Shown here: positions 8,939 to 19,154 of the stretch, in pieces
Layout: each line of letters opens with the position of its first letter
How positions within the stretch are numbered: the first letter of the stretch is position 1
Assembly (NCBI GenBank): GCA_044867785.1
Contig: JBIOVM010000175.1
Location: 9,091 to 73,090 of the forward strand
Direction of reading: 5' to 3'
DNA length: 64,000 nucleotides
Origin: Candidatus Rokuibacteriota bacterium
GTDB lineage: Bacteria; Methylomirabilota; Methylomirabilia; Rokubacteriales; DASRDR01
The notes under the pieces: model-generated
The model's database searches: none
The model's input: the letters and a program-made list of their open reading frames with translations, nothing else
Told to the model about the DNA's origin: nothing
Made by a program: the position numbers and the translations under genes

Positions 8939-11253
8939 TCGACGCCTCGCACGGCCGAGCGTCCGTCAGCCAGGAGCGAGCGATAGTCCGGCGGCAACAG
9001 GGCGGTGGTCATTTCGGGGGCCAGTCTCACTGACCCGCGGGGACGGGTGCGCAGGAGATAGCACACCGCGTGAGCCCACAGAGGCGGTGGAAGGATCGCC
9101 TGCAGCGCCCAGAGCTCCGGGGAGGGCAGTTGCTCGCTCTGCGCGTGGTCGTGAGCGCTCGTCAAGGTGCCGGCGACCACGACCGGGCGCCACCGCTGCC
9201 TGCGCCCGGGCCGGCGCCGAGCAGGGGATCCAAGGCTCGTTGTGGGTGCCAGAACGTAAGCCAGGAACGAGCGCCCGCCAGGAACCCGCGAAAGGGCGTC
9301 CCGTAGCCAGCCGAGCAAGGGCCGAAGGGCCGACGCCCGCAACAAGCCCACGAGCGCCGCCGTCCCGCTGCCGCCGATCAACGGGACCTCCTGAATCTGA
9401 TCTCGCGACCAGTCTGGAATGGGCGGGGCCGTGACCGATGCGGCCCGGGTCGTGGCCTCTCGAGCCAGGGTATCGAGGACGACTTCCCAGCGCGCGGACT
9501 CGGCGGGGTAGCTGAACCCGCGAATCGCCGCCGCGACCAGCACGGGAACCCCGGCGACCTGCACGAAGCCCGTTCCCTGGAGCACCAGCTGGCAAAGCGC
9601 CCGGTCGATGGCGCCGGGCTCCAGCCGAGAGCCGGCGCGGATGAAGGACACGCATTCCTCGGTGGTCGTAGAAACGGCAGTGGCCGCCGTTTTCCAGGCG
9701 TTCGTCTGCGATCGCAGACGTGTTGTCCCGGAGACGCGCGAGCCTCTCCGCCCTTGCGACAGGATCGTCACGGCGACCGGCTGATCCGCGACCGTGGCGA
9801 GCGTTCGCCGCAGCTTGCCGCGCTCACCGCGCCTGGCGAGAACGAACAGCTCGACTCCATTGCGCTCCGGCTGCCGTCGATCCAGCTGCGGGCGAGAGTC
9901 GGGCCGCCTGGAGCTGTGTCTGACCGCTCGGGCCATGAGGGCCCGGTAGTGAGCCTCCATCTGCTCCGCCACCTGCCGGTGATCGAAGCGCTTCTCCGCC
10001 CGGACCCGCGCTGCGGAGCCCAGCCGCCTTCGCAACGGGGCATCCCCGGCCAGGCGGACGATGGCAGCGGCGAGTGCCAGCGGATCGCCCGGGGGGATGA
10101 TGATGCCGCTCTCGCCATCGACGACGTACTCCGGCATGCCTCCGGCATTCGTCCCGATCACCGGGATGCCGGACGCCATGGCTTCGACGCAGGTGAAAGG
10201 CGCGTTGTCGTAGTACGAGGGCACGACCGCGATGTCGGACTCCTGGTAGACCGTGGCCACGCCACCGAGCGGCACGGGGCCCTCGAACCGCACGCGGTCG
10301 TCGAACGAACGGTCGGTCCGGTCGGCGAGCAGGAGCGAATCGCGGCCCACGATCCGGAACTCCACCGCGGGATTCCGGGCCAGCACCAGGGGAATGGCCT
10401 CCAGAAGGACATCCGCGCCCTTCCGCTGATCCAGGCGGCCGACGAAGCACACTCGGACCCGGTCGTCTCGCCGAGAGCCAGGCCTGAAAACGGACAGATC
10501 GACCGGAGAGGGAACGATCTCCACTTCACGGGCCAGGCCGAAGAACGTCACCGCGCGGTCCGCGAGATCCTGGCTGGCCGTGGTGAGACCGTCCGCGCGA
10601 CCCATGAGCATGCCTTCCAGCACGGCCACCGAATCGGTGTCCAGAGCCGGCCACGGCTGAAAGCGCATGGCGGCGAGCATGGACAACGGGGTGTACAGCC
10701 GCACGGTCTTGGGGCCGTGCCAGCGTAGCGCCGGCCAAAGGCCATCGGCCGCGTAGTCGGCGAGATCGATCACGTCGAAGGGCCCGTGCGCTTGCTCGAC
10801 TTCCTGCAGCTGCCGGGAGGCCGCCAGGCTCCAGAAGAATACCGCCGGACCCACGGTGAGCTGCCCCGCCAAGGCGAGCGCTTCGAACGATCGGCGTTCG
10901 CTCCTTGGACGGGGTGCAATCCGGATGACGTCGGCACGGCCATCGAGCTCCCGCCGGGCGGAGGGCGTTCCGAGCGCGATGATGGTCACCCGGTGCCCTG
11001 CCTCCACGAGCCCGCAAGCGAGACGGTAGGTGTACGTCGCCATGCCTCCGTAGGCGGAATCCGGCGGGTACTCGCGGCAGATCAGGGCAACGCTGAGCTT
11101 GCCCGGCGCGGGCCGGGTCGCCGGCTCGGGCGGAAGCTGCAGCACCAGGCCTTCGAGCCGCTGCAGGACTGCCGCCGGATCAGGTACGACTCCACCATCG
11201 CGGACTGCTTGCACGCAGCGATCGAAGTAGGCGCGGAACATCCTCAGAGCCAT
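8935..11253 (-). CDS. Glycosyltransferase family 4 with long C-terminal extension
   Basis: ICREYPP..YGGMATY, FVGRLDQRKG, PSYYDNAPFTCVEAMASG; about 330 extra C-terminal residues. Confidence 0.85.
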   Translation of the reverse strand: MALRMFRAYFDRCVQAVRDGGVVPDPAAVLQRLEGLVLQLPPEPATRPAPGKLSVALICREYPPDSAYGGMATYTYRLACGLVEAGHRVTIIALGTPSARRELDGRADVIRIAPRPRSERRSFEALALAGQLTVGPAVFFWSLAASRQLQEVEQAHGPFDVIDLADYAADGLWPALRWHGPKTVRLYTPLSMLAAMRFQPWPALDTDSVAVLEGMLMGRADGLTTASQDLADRAVTFFGLAREVEIVPSPVDLSVFRPGSRRDDRVRVCFVGRLDQRKGADVLLEAIPLVLARNPAVEFRIVGRDSLLLADRTDRSFDDRVRFEGPVPLGGVATVYQESDIAVVPSYYDNAPFTCVEAMASGIPVIGTNAGGMPEYVVDGESGIIIPPGDPLALAAAIVRLAGDAPLRRRLGSAARVRAEKRFDHRQVAEQMEAHYRALMARAVRHSSRRPDSRPQLDRRQPERNGVELFVLARRGERGKLRRTLATVADQPVAVTILSQGRRGSRVSGTTRLRSQTNAWKTAATAVSTTTEECVSFIRAGSRLEPGAIDRALCQLVLQGTGFVQVAGVPVLVAAAIRGFSYPAESARWEVVLDTLAREATTRAASVTAPPIPDWSRDQIQEVPLIGGSGTAALVGLLRASALRPLLGWLRDALSRVPGGRSFLAYVLAPTTSLGSPARRRPGRRQRWRPVVVAGTLTSAHDHAQSEQLPSPELWALQAILPPPLWAHAVCYLLRTRPRGSVRLAPEMTTALLPPDYRSLLADGRSAVRGVD

Positions 11254-11391
11254 GGTAGATCGGCTCGATCACGAGCCAGGCCGTATGCTAACCCCAAACG
11301 ACAAGTGAGTGTTACGGTGGATCAATCGCCTCCGGGCGAGGATGGCGAGCCTGGGCCCATCCCGAGAGCGTCTCCGACTTCCGACCGAACT

Positions 11392-11463
11392 CTAAGCGGC
11401 CTGTCCGGCAAGGAGTGCGATCAGGGACACCAACTCGTACGCGTGGACCGGCTTGGCGAGGTG
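11392..11463 (-). pseudogene. C-terminal stub of a response-regulator receiver domain
   Basis: Reads HLAKPVHAYELVSLIALLAGQAA*, the KP motif and helix 5 of a REC domain; nothing REC-like upstream. Confidence 0.6.
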
Positions 11464-11611
11464 GCGACATCAAGAACAACGCCTGCGTCGGGGACCAGGC
11501 CTGTCAAGGCAACGCGGGTGTTGTTGGGAATGGCGCCTGCGTCGGGGGGGACGCCTGCGCGTCAAACACGGGCGACATCAAGAACAACGCCTGGGTCGGG
11601 GACCAGGCCTG
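11463..11611 (+). repeat. 41-bp near-perfect direct repeat, 108-bp spacing
   Basis: ggcgacatcaagaacaacgcctg(c/g)gtcggggaccaggcctg at 11463 and 11571. Confidence 0.85.
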
Positions 11612-11914
11612 CTTGAGCAACGCGGGCGCCACGATTTCGAACCACGCCTGCGCCGGCGACGGCGGCTGCCACCTAAACACGGGCGCCATCGGGCCCGGCG
11701 CCTGCGTCGGGCTCAACGCCTGCTTCTTCAACGCGGGCGCCAAGATTGGGCCCGGCGCCTGCGCCGGGGAGGCCGCCTGCCACCCAAACACGGGCGACAT
11801 TGGGCCCGGTGCCGCGTCGGAGTCGAAGCCTGTCTGAACAACTCCGGCACCATCGGGCCCGGCCAGTGCATCGGCGACGGGGTGTGCCAGAACAACACGG
11901 CCGACATCCCGTAG
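11463..11914 (+). pseudogene. 5'-truncated, frameshifted Cys/Gly/Asn-rich tandem-repeat protein
   Basis: About 8 units of IGxGACxGxxACxxNxGx (18-19 aa). A 1-nt deletion near 11813 shifts into ..VGVEACLNNSGTIGPGQCIGDGVCQNNTADIP*. Confidence 0.7.
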
Positions 11915-12029
11915 GCGACGCCCGAAGTGCCGGTCTGATCTGACTGGCGACCTCCGCGTTCGGACCGACCAGATGCAGAAGTCGATGGCAGCCCTTCAGC
12001 GTGCGATCCGCCCGCCCGCGCGGCGCTCC

Positions 12030-14390
12030 TCAGACGCGCGGCGGATCCGTGGCGCGATCCCAATTGCGATGCTTGCCGACCGCGCCGATGAACGCCCGGA
12101 CCTCGCGCACGATCGCCCAGTCGGCCCGATCGTCGGTCGGCACGCCGGCGGCGGTCGCGACCTCTCTGCCGGCCCCGACGAGGAGGATCGGCTTGCAGTG
12201 CCGGTACTGGTCCCGGAGGAACTCGCGCGCGTGCCCCAGCGCAGCGAGCGCCGTAGCCGCCTTCGGACCGTCCGGCACCACGACGGCGTCGAAGAGCACG
12301 GACGGCATCGTCTCGAGCGTGCCGTCGGGCTCCACTGTGTCCCCGTCGGCGCTCTGGATGGCGGCGAGCCGGGGCCCGACGAGGCGGACGACCGCCTCCG
12401 CGGCCGTCAGGGCCTTCTGCGTCGTGGCCACCGAGTCGCCGTCCACCCCGGGCGCCACGAGGATCGCGATCCGGCGCCCGCGGATACCGCCGTCACCCGG
12501 CCGAGCGGTCAGGGACAAGGCCGGCGATCGGCTCACGTCGGGCGCCGGCGGCTCGATGACGCGCGGCATGGGCCGCGGGAACGCCAGCCCGAGCGCGTCG
12601 GCGACCGGCTTGGCCAGCTCGTCCGAGACGTTCCGGAGCATGGAGACCGTCCGGTCGCGGATCGCGGGGACCTGGACCTTGGTCAGCTCGAAGCGGAAGG
12701 CCCGGATGATGTGCGCCTTCTCGTACGCGGTCTGGCTGTTCCAGAAAAGGGTGGCCTGCGAGTAGTGGTCGGCGAACTTCTCCGGCTTCCCCCGCACCTT
12801 GTCGGCCTCGATGGGCTCGGGGAAGCTCGTGAACCCGCGCGTCCCCATCTGGAACGGGCAGCCGCCGCCGAGCGAGTTGGGCTCGTAGGCCACGCGGCCC
12901 CGGTGGACGGCCTGGCGATGGAAGCCGTCGCGCTGGTTGTTGTGCGCTTGGGCGACGGGCGCGTTGATGGGGATCTCGTGGAAGTTCGGGCCCCCCAGCC
13001 GGAGGAGCTGGGTGTCGAAGTAGGAGTGGATGCGCCCCGCCAGCAGGGGGTCGTTGGAGAAGTCGATGCCAGGCACCAGGTTCTGAACGCCGAACGCGAC
13101 CTGCTCGGTCTCGGCGAAGAAGTTGTCGGGGTTCCGGTTCAGCACCATGCGGCCCACGGGGGTGACGGGCACCAGCTCCTCCGGCACGATCTTGGTCGCG
13201 TCGAGGACGTCGAAGCCGAACCGGTTGGCCTGCTCCTCGGTGAAGATCTGGAATCCGAGCTCGTACTCGGGGAACACGCCGGCCTCGATCGACTCCCACA
13301 GGTCGCGGCGCGTGAAGTCCGGATCCGCGCCCCCGATCTTCACGGACTCGTCCCAGTCCAGCGAGTGCGTGCCGGCCACCGGGGTCCAGTGGAACTTGAC
13401 GAAGTGGGACGCGCCCCCGGCGTTGACCAGCCGGAACGTGTGGACCCCGAAGCCCTGCATCATGCGGAAGCTGCGGGGAAGCGCGCGGTCCGACATGACC
13501 CACAGCAGCATGTGGGTCGACTCCGGCATCAGGGAGACGAAGTCCCAGAAGGTGTCATGGGCGCTCGCCGCCTGCGGCATCGCGTGGTGCGGCTCGGGCT
13601 TGAGCGCGTGCACCAGGTCCGGGAACTTGATCGCGTCCTGGATGAAGAAGATGGGGATGTTGTTCCCCACGATGTCGAAGTTCCCCTCGTCCGTGTAGAA
13701 CTTCGTGGCGAACCCCCGCACGTCGCGCGGCGTGTCGATGGAGCCGCGCTCGCCCTGGACGGTCGAGAAGCGCACGAAGACGGGGGTCTGCTTGCCTTTC
13801 TCCGACAGGAAGGCGGCGCGCGTGTACTTCGCCTGCGACGCGTAGCACTCGAACACGCCGTGCGCGGCGGAGCCGCGGGCGTGGACGATCCGCTCGGGGA
13901 TGCGCTCGTGGTCGAAGTGGGTGATCTTCTCCCGGAGGATGAAGTCTTCCAGCAGCGCGGGGCCGCGGAGGCCGGCCTTGAGGGAATTCTGGTTGTCGGC
14001 GACCGGCTGGCCGAAGTTCGTCGTGAGCCCGCGGCCGGCGGAGTCGACCCGCACGCGGTCGAGCGGCGCGTTGGTGGGATTGAGGCCGGATTCCGCGGGG
14101 CTACCCGTCTTCGGGGACTCGGTCTGCTCGGTCAGCGTGCTGGCGGTGACCGAGGCGTCGGCGGGCTCGGCGGTCGCGCCGGGCTTCGGCTTCCGGGAGG
14201 CGTCGCCGATCTCGCCGGGCTTGGACCGGTTGAAGGGGAAGGCCGCCGCCAGCGCTTGCGTCTTCTGCATCTTCGCCACGGCGGGGTCGGCGCCGTCGCC
14301 ATTCGGGCCACGGGGCCCTCGGCGCGGGCCGCTGACGGTCGACTTGGCGGCGCCCTTCGCCGAGGACGGGGACTTGCGTGTCTTGGCCAT
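12030..14390 (-). CDS. katE: Large-subunit monofunctional catalase HPII with C-terminal DJ-1-like domain
   Basis: [49 protein letters not shown]; GAGG RBS before ATG 14390. Confidence 0.95.
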   Translation of the reverse strand: MAKTRKSPSSAKGAAKSTVSGPRRGPRGPNGDGADPAVAKMQKTQALAAAFPFNRSKPGEIGDASRKPKPGATAEPADASVTASTLTEQTESPKTGSPAESGLNPTNAPLDRVRVDSAGRGLTTNFGQPVADNQNSLKAGLRGPALLEDFILREKITHFDHERIPERIVHARGSAAHGVFECYASQAKYTRAAFLSEKGKQTPVFVRFSTVQGERGSIDTPRDVRGFATKFYTDEGNFDIVGNNIPIFFIQDAIKFPDLVHALKPEPHHAMPQAASAHDTFWDFVSLMPESTHMLLWVMSDRALPRSFRMMQGFGVHTFRLVNAGGASHFVKFHWTPVAGTHSLDWDESVKIGGADPDFTRRDLWESIEAGVFPEYELGFQIFTEEQANRFGFDVLDATKIVPEELVPVTPVGRMVLNRNPDNFFAETEQVAFGVQNLVPGIDFSNDPLLAGRIHSYFDTQLLRLGGPNFHEIPINAPVAQAHNNQRDGFHRQAVHRGRVAYEPNSLGGGCPFQMGTRGFTSFPEPIEADKVRGKPEKFADHYSQATLFWNSQTAYEKAHIIRAFRFELTKVQVPAIRDRTVSMLRNVSDELAKPVADALGLAFPRPMPRVIEPPAPDVSRSPALSLTARPGDGGIRGRRIAILVAPGVDGDSVATTQKALTAAEAVVRLVGPRLAAIQSADGDTVEPDGTLETMPSVLFDAVVVPDGPKAATALAALGHAREFLRDQYRHCKPILLVGAGREVATAAGVPTDDRADWAIVREVRAFIGAVGKHRNWDRATDPPRV

Positions 14391-14482
14391 GGATGTATGC
14401 CTCGCATCAGCGAGCGCGGCAGCGCCGCCCTCGGTTGTGGTTGAGCGGAGTGCGGGCCGCCCGCGGCGAGCCGCTGGAGACT

Positions 14483-14728
14483 TCATACGGCCGGAGCGAG
14501 GACGATCTTCGTGCAGTCGTCCGTCTTGTCGTTCCACATCCGGTAGGCGTCGGGCGCGCGAGAGAGCGGGAGCCGATGGCTCACGACGAACGCCGGGTCG
14601 ATCTCCCGAGCGCGGATGCGCTCGAGCAGCGGACGGAGGTACCGGTGGACGTAGAGCTCGTCCGGCGACCGCTCGACGGTGACCGTGCGCTCGACGTGGA
14701 GGCCGCGGCCTCCGGCCAGCGTCGGCAT
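14483..14728 (-). pseudogene. In-frame chimera of an SRPBCC/cyclase N-terminus and a Zn-dependent (formaldehyde) dehydrogenase C-terminus
   Basis: GLHVERTVTVERSPDELY joined to VHRYLRPLLERI..IDPAFVVSHRLPLSRAPDAYRMWNDKTDDCTKIVL. Confidence 0.7.
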
Positions 14729-14857
14729 GTCCGGGCGGCGCTTCGTCGTGTGCGGCGGCCGCGGCCGGGACCACACCCACAGCGCGCCCACGCGAGGAAG
14801 ACGACGAGGAGCGCTGCGGGCCCGCTGGCCTGACGGGTGACCCGTCCGAGCCCGGGC

Positions 14858-15520
14858 TCATGCGCTGCGGACAGTACCGTCCGACCGGTCGGGTACGGGA
14901 CGGTCGAGGTCCGTTCGGGGGTCATGTCCGGGGTCATCGTCGGTACTCCCTTCCTGAGTCTGGGGATCGGCCCCGCACGAATCGCCGGGGAGCACGCTGT
15001 CCAGCGTGCTGACCACCACGCGGATGTCGGTCGGGGTGGCGAGCTCCCGCTCGCCGGAATCGGACGGGAGCGGGATGTCGAGCGCCTGCGCGATCCGCTC
15101 CAGCAGCGCCACCGTCTTCGTCGATTCCTGCTCCGCCAGCAGGTTGACCTGGAGGTCGAGGTGGGCCCGGCGCTCGCTCTGCCGGGTGAGGTTGTTCTGG
15201 CTGACCAGGACGAAAACCGACAGGAAGATCGCCTCCAGGGAGACGACCAGCGTGAGGAAGCTGAACGGAAACGGATCGATGGGCCGCCAGCCGGGCGCGA
15301 GCCCGGTATTCCAGATCAGCCATCCCGCGAACCACACGACGTGGAGCCCGGCGAACCATCCCGTGCCGGCCGTCCGCGCGATGGCGTCCGACAAGCGCGC
15401 CGCGGCCGTCTGTCGCGCTCGATCCGCGGCCTCGAGCTGGGCGATCGCCTCGACGTTCCGCGCCAGGAGCGGGGAGGCCGGCCCGCGGCCATTCGGCGAT
15501 CCCTCCCGTGGAGTCGGCAT
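14858..15520 (-). CDS. DUF1003 membrane protein
   Basis: IDPFPFSFLTLVVSLEAIFLSVFVLVSQN...AHLDLQVNLLAEQE. Confidence 0.88.
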   Translation of the reverse strand: MPTPREGSPNGRGPASPLLARNVEAIAQLEAADRARQTAAARLSDAIARTAGTGWFAGLHVVWFAGWLIWNTGLAPGWRPIDPFPFSFLTLVVSLEAIFLSVFVLVSQNNLTRQSERRAHLDLQVNLLAEQESTKTVALLERIAQALDIPLPSDSGERELATPTDIRVVVSTLDSVLPGDSCGADPQTQEGSTDDDPGHDPRTDLDRPVPDRSDGTVRSA

Positions 15521-15598
15521 CGGAGAATGCGGCCGGCGCAGGTCGGCTCCAGCCTGCGCCGGCCGGTGTGCTCTACCCAATCCCGCGCCGGTTGCGCC

Positions 15599-16129
15599 TC
15601 AGCGGCTGACGCCGAGCTTCTCGCGCGTCTGATCGTCCAGGCGGCCGCTCTCCGTCAGCTTCTGGTCCTTCTGGAACGCCTTGAGGGCGGCCATGGTCTT
15701 CGGGCCCATGATCCCGTCGACCGGGCCGGGGTCCATGCCCTTGTCCTGGAGCGCCTGCTGGACCGCCTTCACCTGCTCGGAACCGGCCCCGCCGCCTGCG
15801 CTCATGCCGGAGGGCGACCCCTTGGTGCCCGTCGCCGTGCCCGCGCCCGAACCGGCGCCGGAGCTCGGCGTCGAGCTGGTCCCGCCGCTCGGCACACTCG
15901 TGCCGGACTGACCCATGGTCGTGCCGGACTTCGCCTTCCCCGTCGCGCCAGCGCCCGTCCCGGCGGGCGGGGTCGCCGGCTGCGTGGTCGACCCGGGCTG
16001 GGTCGCCGACGAGCCGGGCTGCGAGCTCGGCGCGCTGCTCGAGCCGGACCCGGTCTGCGCGAGCGCCGGCGCGATCATCGCACCGACGATCCCTGTTGCG
16101 GCCGTGAGCGCAATCCATCGTGATGTCAT
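15599..16129 (-). CDS. Exported peptidoglycan-binding domain protein
   Basis: Signal peptide (..APALAQ), S/T/G-rich linker, VQQALQDKGMDPGPVDGIMGPKTMAALKAFQ; AGGAAC RBS. Confidence 0.9.
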   Translation of the reverse strand: MTSRWIALTAATGIVGAMIAPALAQTGSGSSSAPSSQPGSSATQPGSTTQPATPPAGTGAGATGKAKSGTTMGQSGTSVPSGGTSSTPSSGAGSGAGTATGTKGSPSGMSAGGGAGSEQVKAVQQALQDKGMDPGPVDGIMGPKTMAALKAFQKDQKLTESGRLDDQTREKLGVSR

Positions 16130-16149
16130 GTTCCTGTTCCTTTCTGGAG

Positions 16150-16410
16150 CTAGTCGCTCCGGCCTGATCTGCGGACCTCCCGGTCGAATCTCGGGAGGAT
16201 CGCCTTGACGAACGTGTTCTGGATGAGCTCGACGATGGCCTGGACGGTGCTGGTGTTCGGATTGTCGAGCCGCCCGGAGATGTCGACCTCGGTGCCCACT
16301 TCCTTCCGGGGGACGCACTTCGTCACCTTCCCGACGCCGGGAACCACCTGCTCGGAGAGCTTCCGCATGGCGCTCTTGTCGCAGTCCTGCGCGGGGTCGG
16401 AGGAAGCCGG
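16150..16410 (-). pseudogene. C-terminal remnant of a DUF748-like protein
   Basis: VPRKEVGTEVDISGRLDNPNTSTVQAIVELIQNTFVKAILPRF resembles DUF748 protein C-termini; no N-terminal part. Confidence 0.55.
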
Positions 16411-16768
16411 TATAGCGAAGCCAACGACGGTCACCAGGACGGGTGCGTGACGCCATACGAGTCCAGCCTTGCTGCAAGCAAGCTGCCCGCGATGACTTCG
16501 CAGGCGTGGGTTGGCTGAATCGCGAGTTCGAGGTCTCTCGCGCCGACAGAAGGACGAAGCGCCGTCACATTGGCGCGCGGCTAGCGCTCGCTGAATCCTC
16601 GCCCCGTAACACGGGCCTCGCACCGAGAGCCGGCAATTCGGACCCTCGGCCGGCGGCCGCGGGAGACTCGGCGACGGCAAGGCGGCGCTCGTGGATCCCC
16701 CCACCGTCTCGTCCGAGCCGCCGACGTGGAGTCATCGGCGTACCCCCGGTGGCTCCGGACCTCGGCCG

Positions 16769-16830
16769 GTGGCCAAGCGTGACGGCGACGAGTGGACGCT
16801 CGCCGTGGACATCGGCGGCACGGGGGTTAC
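16769..16830 (+). pseudogene. N-terminal stub of a ROK-family sugar kinase
   Basis: EWTLAVDIGGTGV phosphate-1 motif, after which similarity ends. Confidence 0.5.
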
Positions 16831-17240
16831 TAGCTCGGGTGCTCGGCGCCGCCGACCTCGCGCCGACGCGGCCCCCAGACCACGACATCGAGCCGCCGCG
16901 CGTACGCCGTCATCGTGGTTGCGCCGGCAACGCGATCCCGGCGGCGGTGGAGATCGTGTTCCGGAGAATCTTCGCGTCGACGGGTTGGAGCGACCACGGC
17001 GCATGGTGGATCTCGGTTCGATAGGACGCAGGCCCTCCAGGCGAAAGGGCGTGATCGAGACCCGTGCCGTCCCCGTGTGGCACTCGAGCGTGAGCCCGCC
17101 GGGAATGAGCGGGCGCAGATGCTCGGGATCGACCGGCCAGTGGGCAAAGAGCCGATCGCGCCACCGCTGCGCCATGACCCACGGCTGGGACGGCAGCGGC
17201 CAAGGTCGGTGCACGTGGACCTCCGAGATCTTTCGGGCGC
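16830..17240 (-). pseudogene. YqjF/DUF2071 family pseudogene (internal deletion, frameshifts)
   Basis: Three frames: HRPWPLPSQPWVMAQRWRDRLFAHWPVDP..VSITPF; EIHHAPWSLQP; YARRLDVVVWGP. Confidence 0.75.
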
Positions 17241-17629
17241 CGCCCGTGCGGTCGGATGGCCGCTCACGGGACATCAAGTCAGGGTTTCCCCGGAATAGGA
17301 GCCTGGTGCAAGAAGTACCGCGGCGAGCCGAAGCCGGAGGCGGCGCGCCGGGTGGGCGATGCGCCGCCGCTTCCGAGGTGCCGGCTGTCACGAACCCGAT
17401 CCACTTCCGGGGTCTCGTGCCGCGTTGTCACCGTGTCGTCGCGATGTCAGCGTGACGCCGCCGGACGCCGTCGGAAGCGGCGGGCAGTGTGATGCGTGTG
17501 TTCAGGCGACGACGCTCGTCGGAGGGAGGTGCGGGCGGCGCCTCACACCCGCAGCCTCGCCCACGATCGAACGGTGGCGCTCGGCCGCGACGCGACCAGG
17601 AAGGTAGGCGTGCCAGGGCCTCTGGCTAG

Positions 17630-17644
17630 TGGCACGGCTCTTGC
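17630..17644 (+). promoter_or_regulatory. sigma54 -24/-12 promoter
   Basis: TGGCACGGCTCTTGC, an exact TGGCAC-N5-TTGC match, about 250 nt upstream of the ferritin-like gene. Confidence 0.65.
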
Positions 17645-17892
17645 CTGATCCCCGGGTGCAGGTTCCAGGCGAGCATGCGTATGCGGTTGTCCAGCAGGCT
17701 CTGCATCAACGCCCGTCTCAGCATGACGCCAGGGAGCGGTAGGTCCCACCCGATGTTCGACGGCTGGCGCGTGAGCCCCCGGCCAGCCGGTTTCCTCCCC
17801 CTCGCCGGCGGCGCGCGACTGCGTCGCCATGCCGGGAAGGTTGAGTGCGACGTCGGCACTTTCGAATACTCCGATCGACGAAGGAGAGGTCC

Positions 17893-18486
17893 ATGAAGGA
17901 CGAGGAAGTCCGCGAGTTGCTGTACCAGGCCCTCGAGACCGAGCTGGGGGGCGTGCAGGTCTACCAGACCGCCCTCCGCTGCGCCGTGAACGAGGATCTC
18001 AAGAAGGAATGGGAGGAGTACCTCGAGCAGACGGAGAACCACGTGCGCGTCGTGGAGAACGTGTTCTCGCGGCTCGAGCTGGACCCAGCGGTGGAGACTC
18101 CCGGGCGAATGATCGTCCGCCACCTCGGCGAGTCCCTGGTGAAGGCGATGGAGATGGCCCTCGAGGGCGGCAAGCCCGAGGCGGCCCAGGTGGTGGCGGC
18201 GGAATGCATCGTGCTCGCCGAGACCAAGGACCACCTGAACTGGGAGCTGATCGGCGAGCTCGCCAAGAAGGCGAAGGGCGAGAAGGGCGCGGCGCTGAAG
18301 GAGGCGCACAAGGAGGTCGAGGAGGAGGAGGACGAGCACCTCTACCACACGACCGGCTGGACCCGGGAGCTGTGGATCGAGGCTCTGGGGATGCCGGCCG
18401 TCCTGCCGCCGCCCGAGGAGGAGAAGGAAGTGAAGACGGCCATCGGGGCCGCCCGCGCCAAGCGCGCGCGCAAAGACATGCTGTAG
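17893..18486 (+). CDS. Ferritin-like / DUF892-type stress protein
   Basis: ELLYQALETELGGVQVY, EQTENH, ETKDHLNW, EEEEDEHLYH (ExxH di-iron-type motifs); AAGGAGAGG RBS. Confidence 0.88.
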   Translation: MKDEEVRELLYQALETELGGVQVYQTALRCAVNEDLKKEWEEYLEQTENHVRVVENVFSRLELDPAVETPGRMIVRHLGESLVKAMEMALEGGKPEAAQVVAAECIVLAETKDHLNWELIGELAKKAKGEKGAALKEAHKEVEEEEDEHLYHTTGWTRELWIEALGMPAVLPPPEEEKEVKTAIGAARAKRARKDML

Positions 18487-18495
18487 GCGCCGGCC

Positions 18496-18699
18496 ATGGC
18501 CCAGAAGCGCACGACGCACAGGAGCGGGGCCGGGACGAAGCTCTACGCCAAGCGGTCGAAGACGGGGCAGTTCACCGACATCCAGACCTACAAGCGCGCC
18601 CATGGCAGCGACGTCAAGCGGCGCGCCAAGACCGAGGGCGGCCCACGGGCGTCCAGGACGCGCCGGGGCGCCGCCGGGACCGCCGCTCGAGAGGAGTGA
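18496..18699 (+). CDS. Small basic hypothetical protein
   Basis: Starts 9 nt after the ferritin-like stop; gene-like codon usage; KLYAKRSKTGQFTDIQTYKRAHGSDVKR. Confidence 0.65.
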   Translation: MAQKRTTHRSGAGTKLYAKRSKTGQFTDIQTYKRAHGSDVKRRAKTEGGPRASRTRRGAAGTAAREE

Positions 18700-18707
18700 T
18701 CGGACCC

Positions 18708-19110
18708 ATGCGGACGGTCCGTCCCTTGCTCATCGGCCTGTTGCTTGCCCCCGGGGTGTTGATCGGAACCTGGATCGGCACGGGCAGCGGGCAAGGGACG
18801 GCCCCACCGCGGCCGCCGGGCGATGCGGTGACAGCAGGCTCAGACGCCGCAGGCGGCCCCGAGCACTCGGCCGGAGCAGCAGCAGACGCCGCACATGCAG
18901 GACTTGCGGGTCGAGCGGTTCGTCGACGAGGCGCCCCGCGGGCCGATCAAGACCTTCACCCCGTGCGGGATCAAGGACAGCCCGCCGTACCTCCACGACG
19001 GACGGCTGCTCACGCTCGAGAACACCGTGGAGTTCTTCAACCTGATTCTGGGCCTCGCGCAGAGCAACCAGGAGAAGGCCGATCTCGTCGCCTTCATGCG
19101 CCAGCTCTAG
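18708..19110 (+). pseudogene. Internally deleted cytochrome c peroxidase-like gene
   Basis: Signal-peptide-like N-terminus out of frame with C-terminus GPIKTFT..GIKDSPPYLHDGRLLTLENTVEFFN..EKADLVAFMRQL; no CxxCH retained. Confidence 0.7.
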
Positions 19111-19154
19111 CCATGGGCGGCGTGCTCGCCGTCACAGCGGGAGGGTGAGGGGCG

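Noticed and set aside
11463-11914. Possible CRISPR array
   Set aside because: The repeats are degenerate, codon-phased 54-57 bp coding units with no unique spacers and no cas genes.
11973-14444. 823-aa plus-strand ORF
   Set aside because: Antisense shadow of katE; high GC suppresses stops and there are no motifs.
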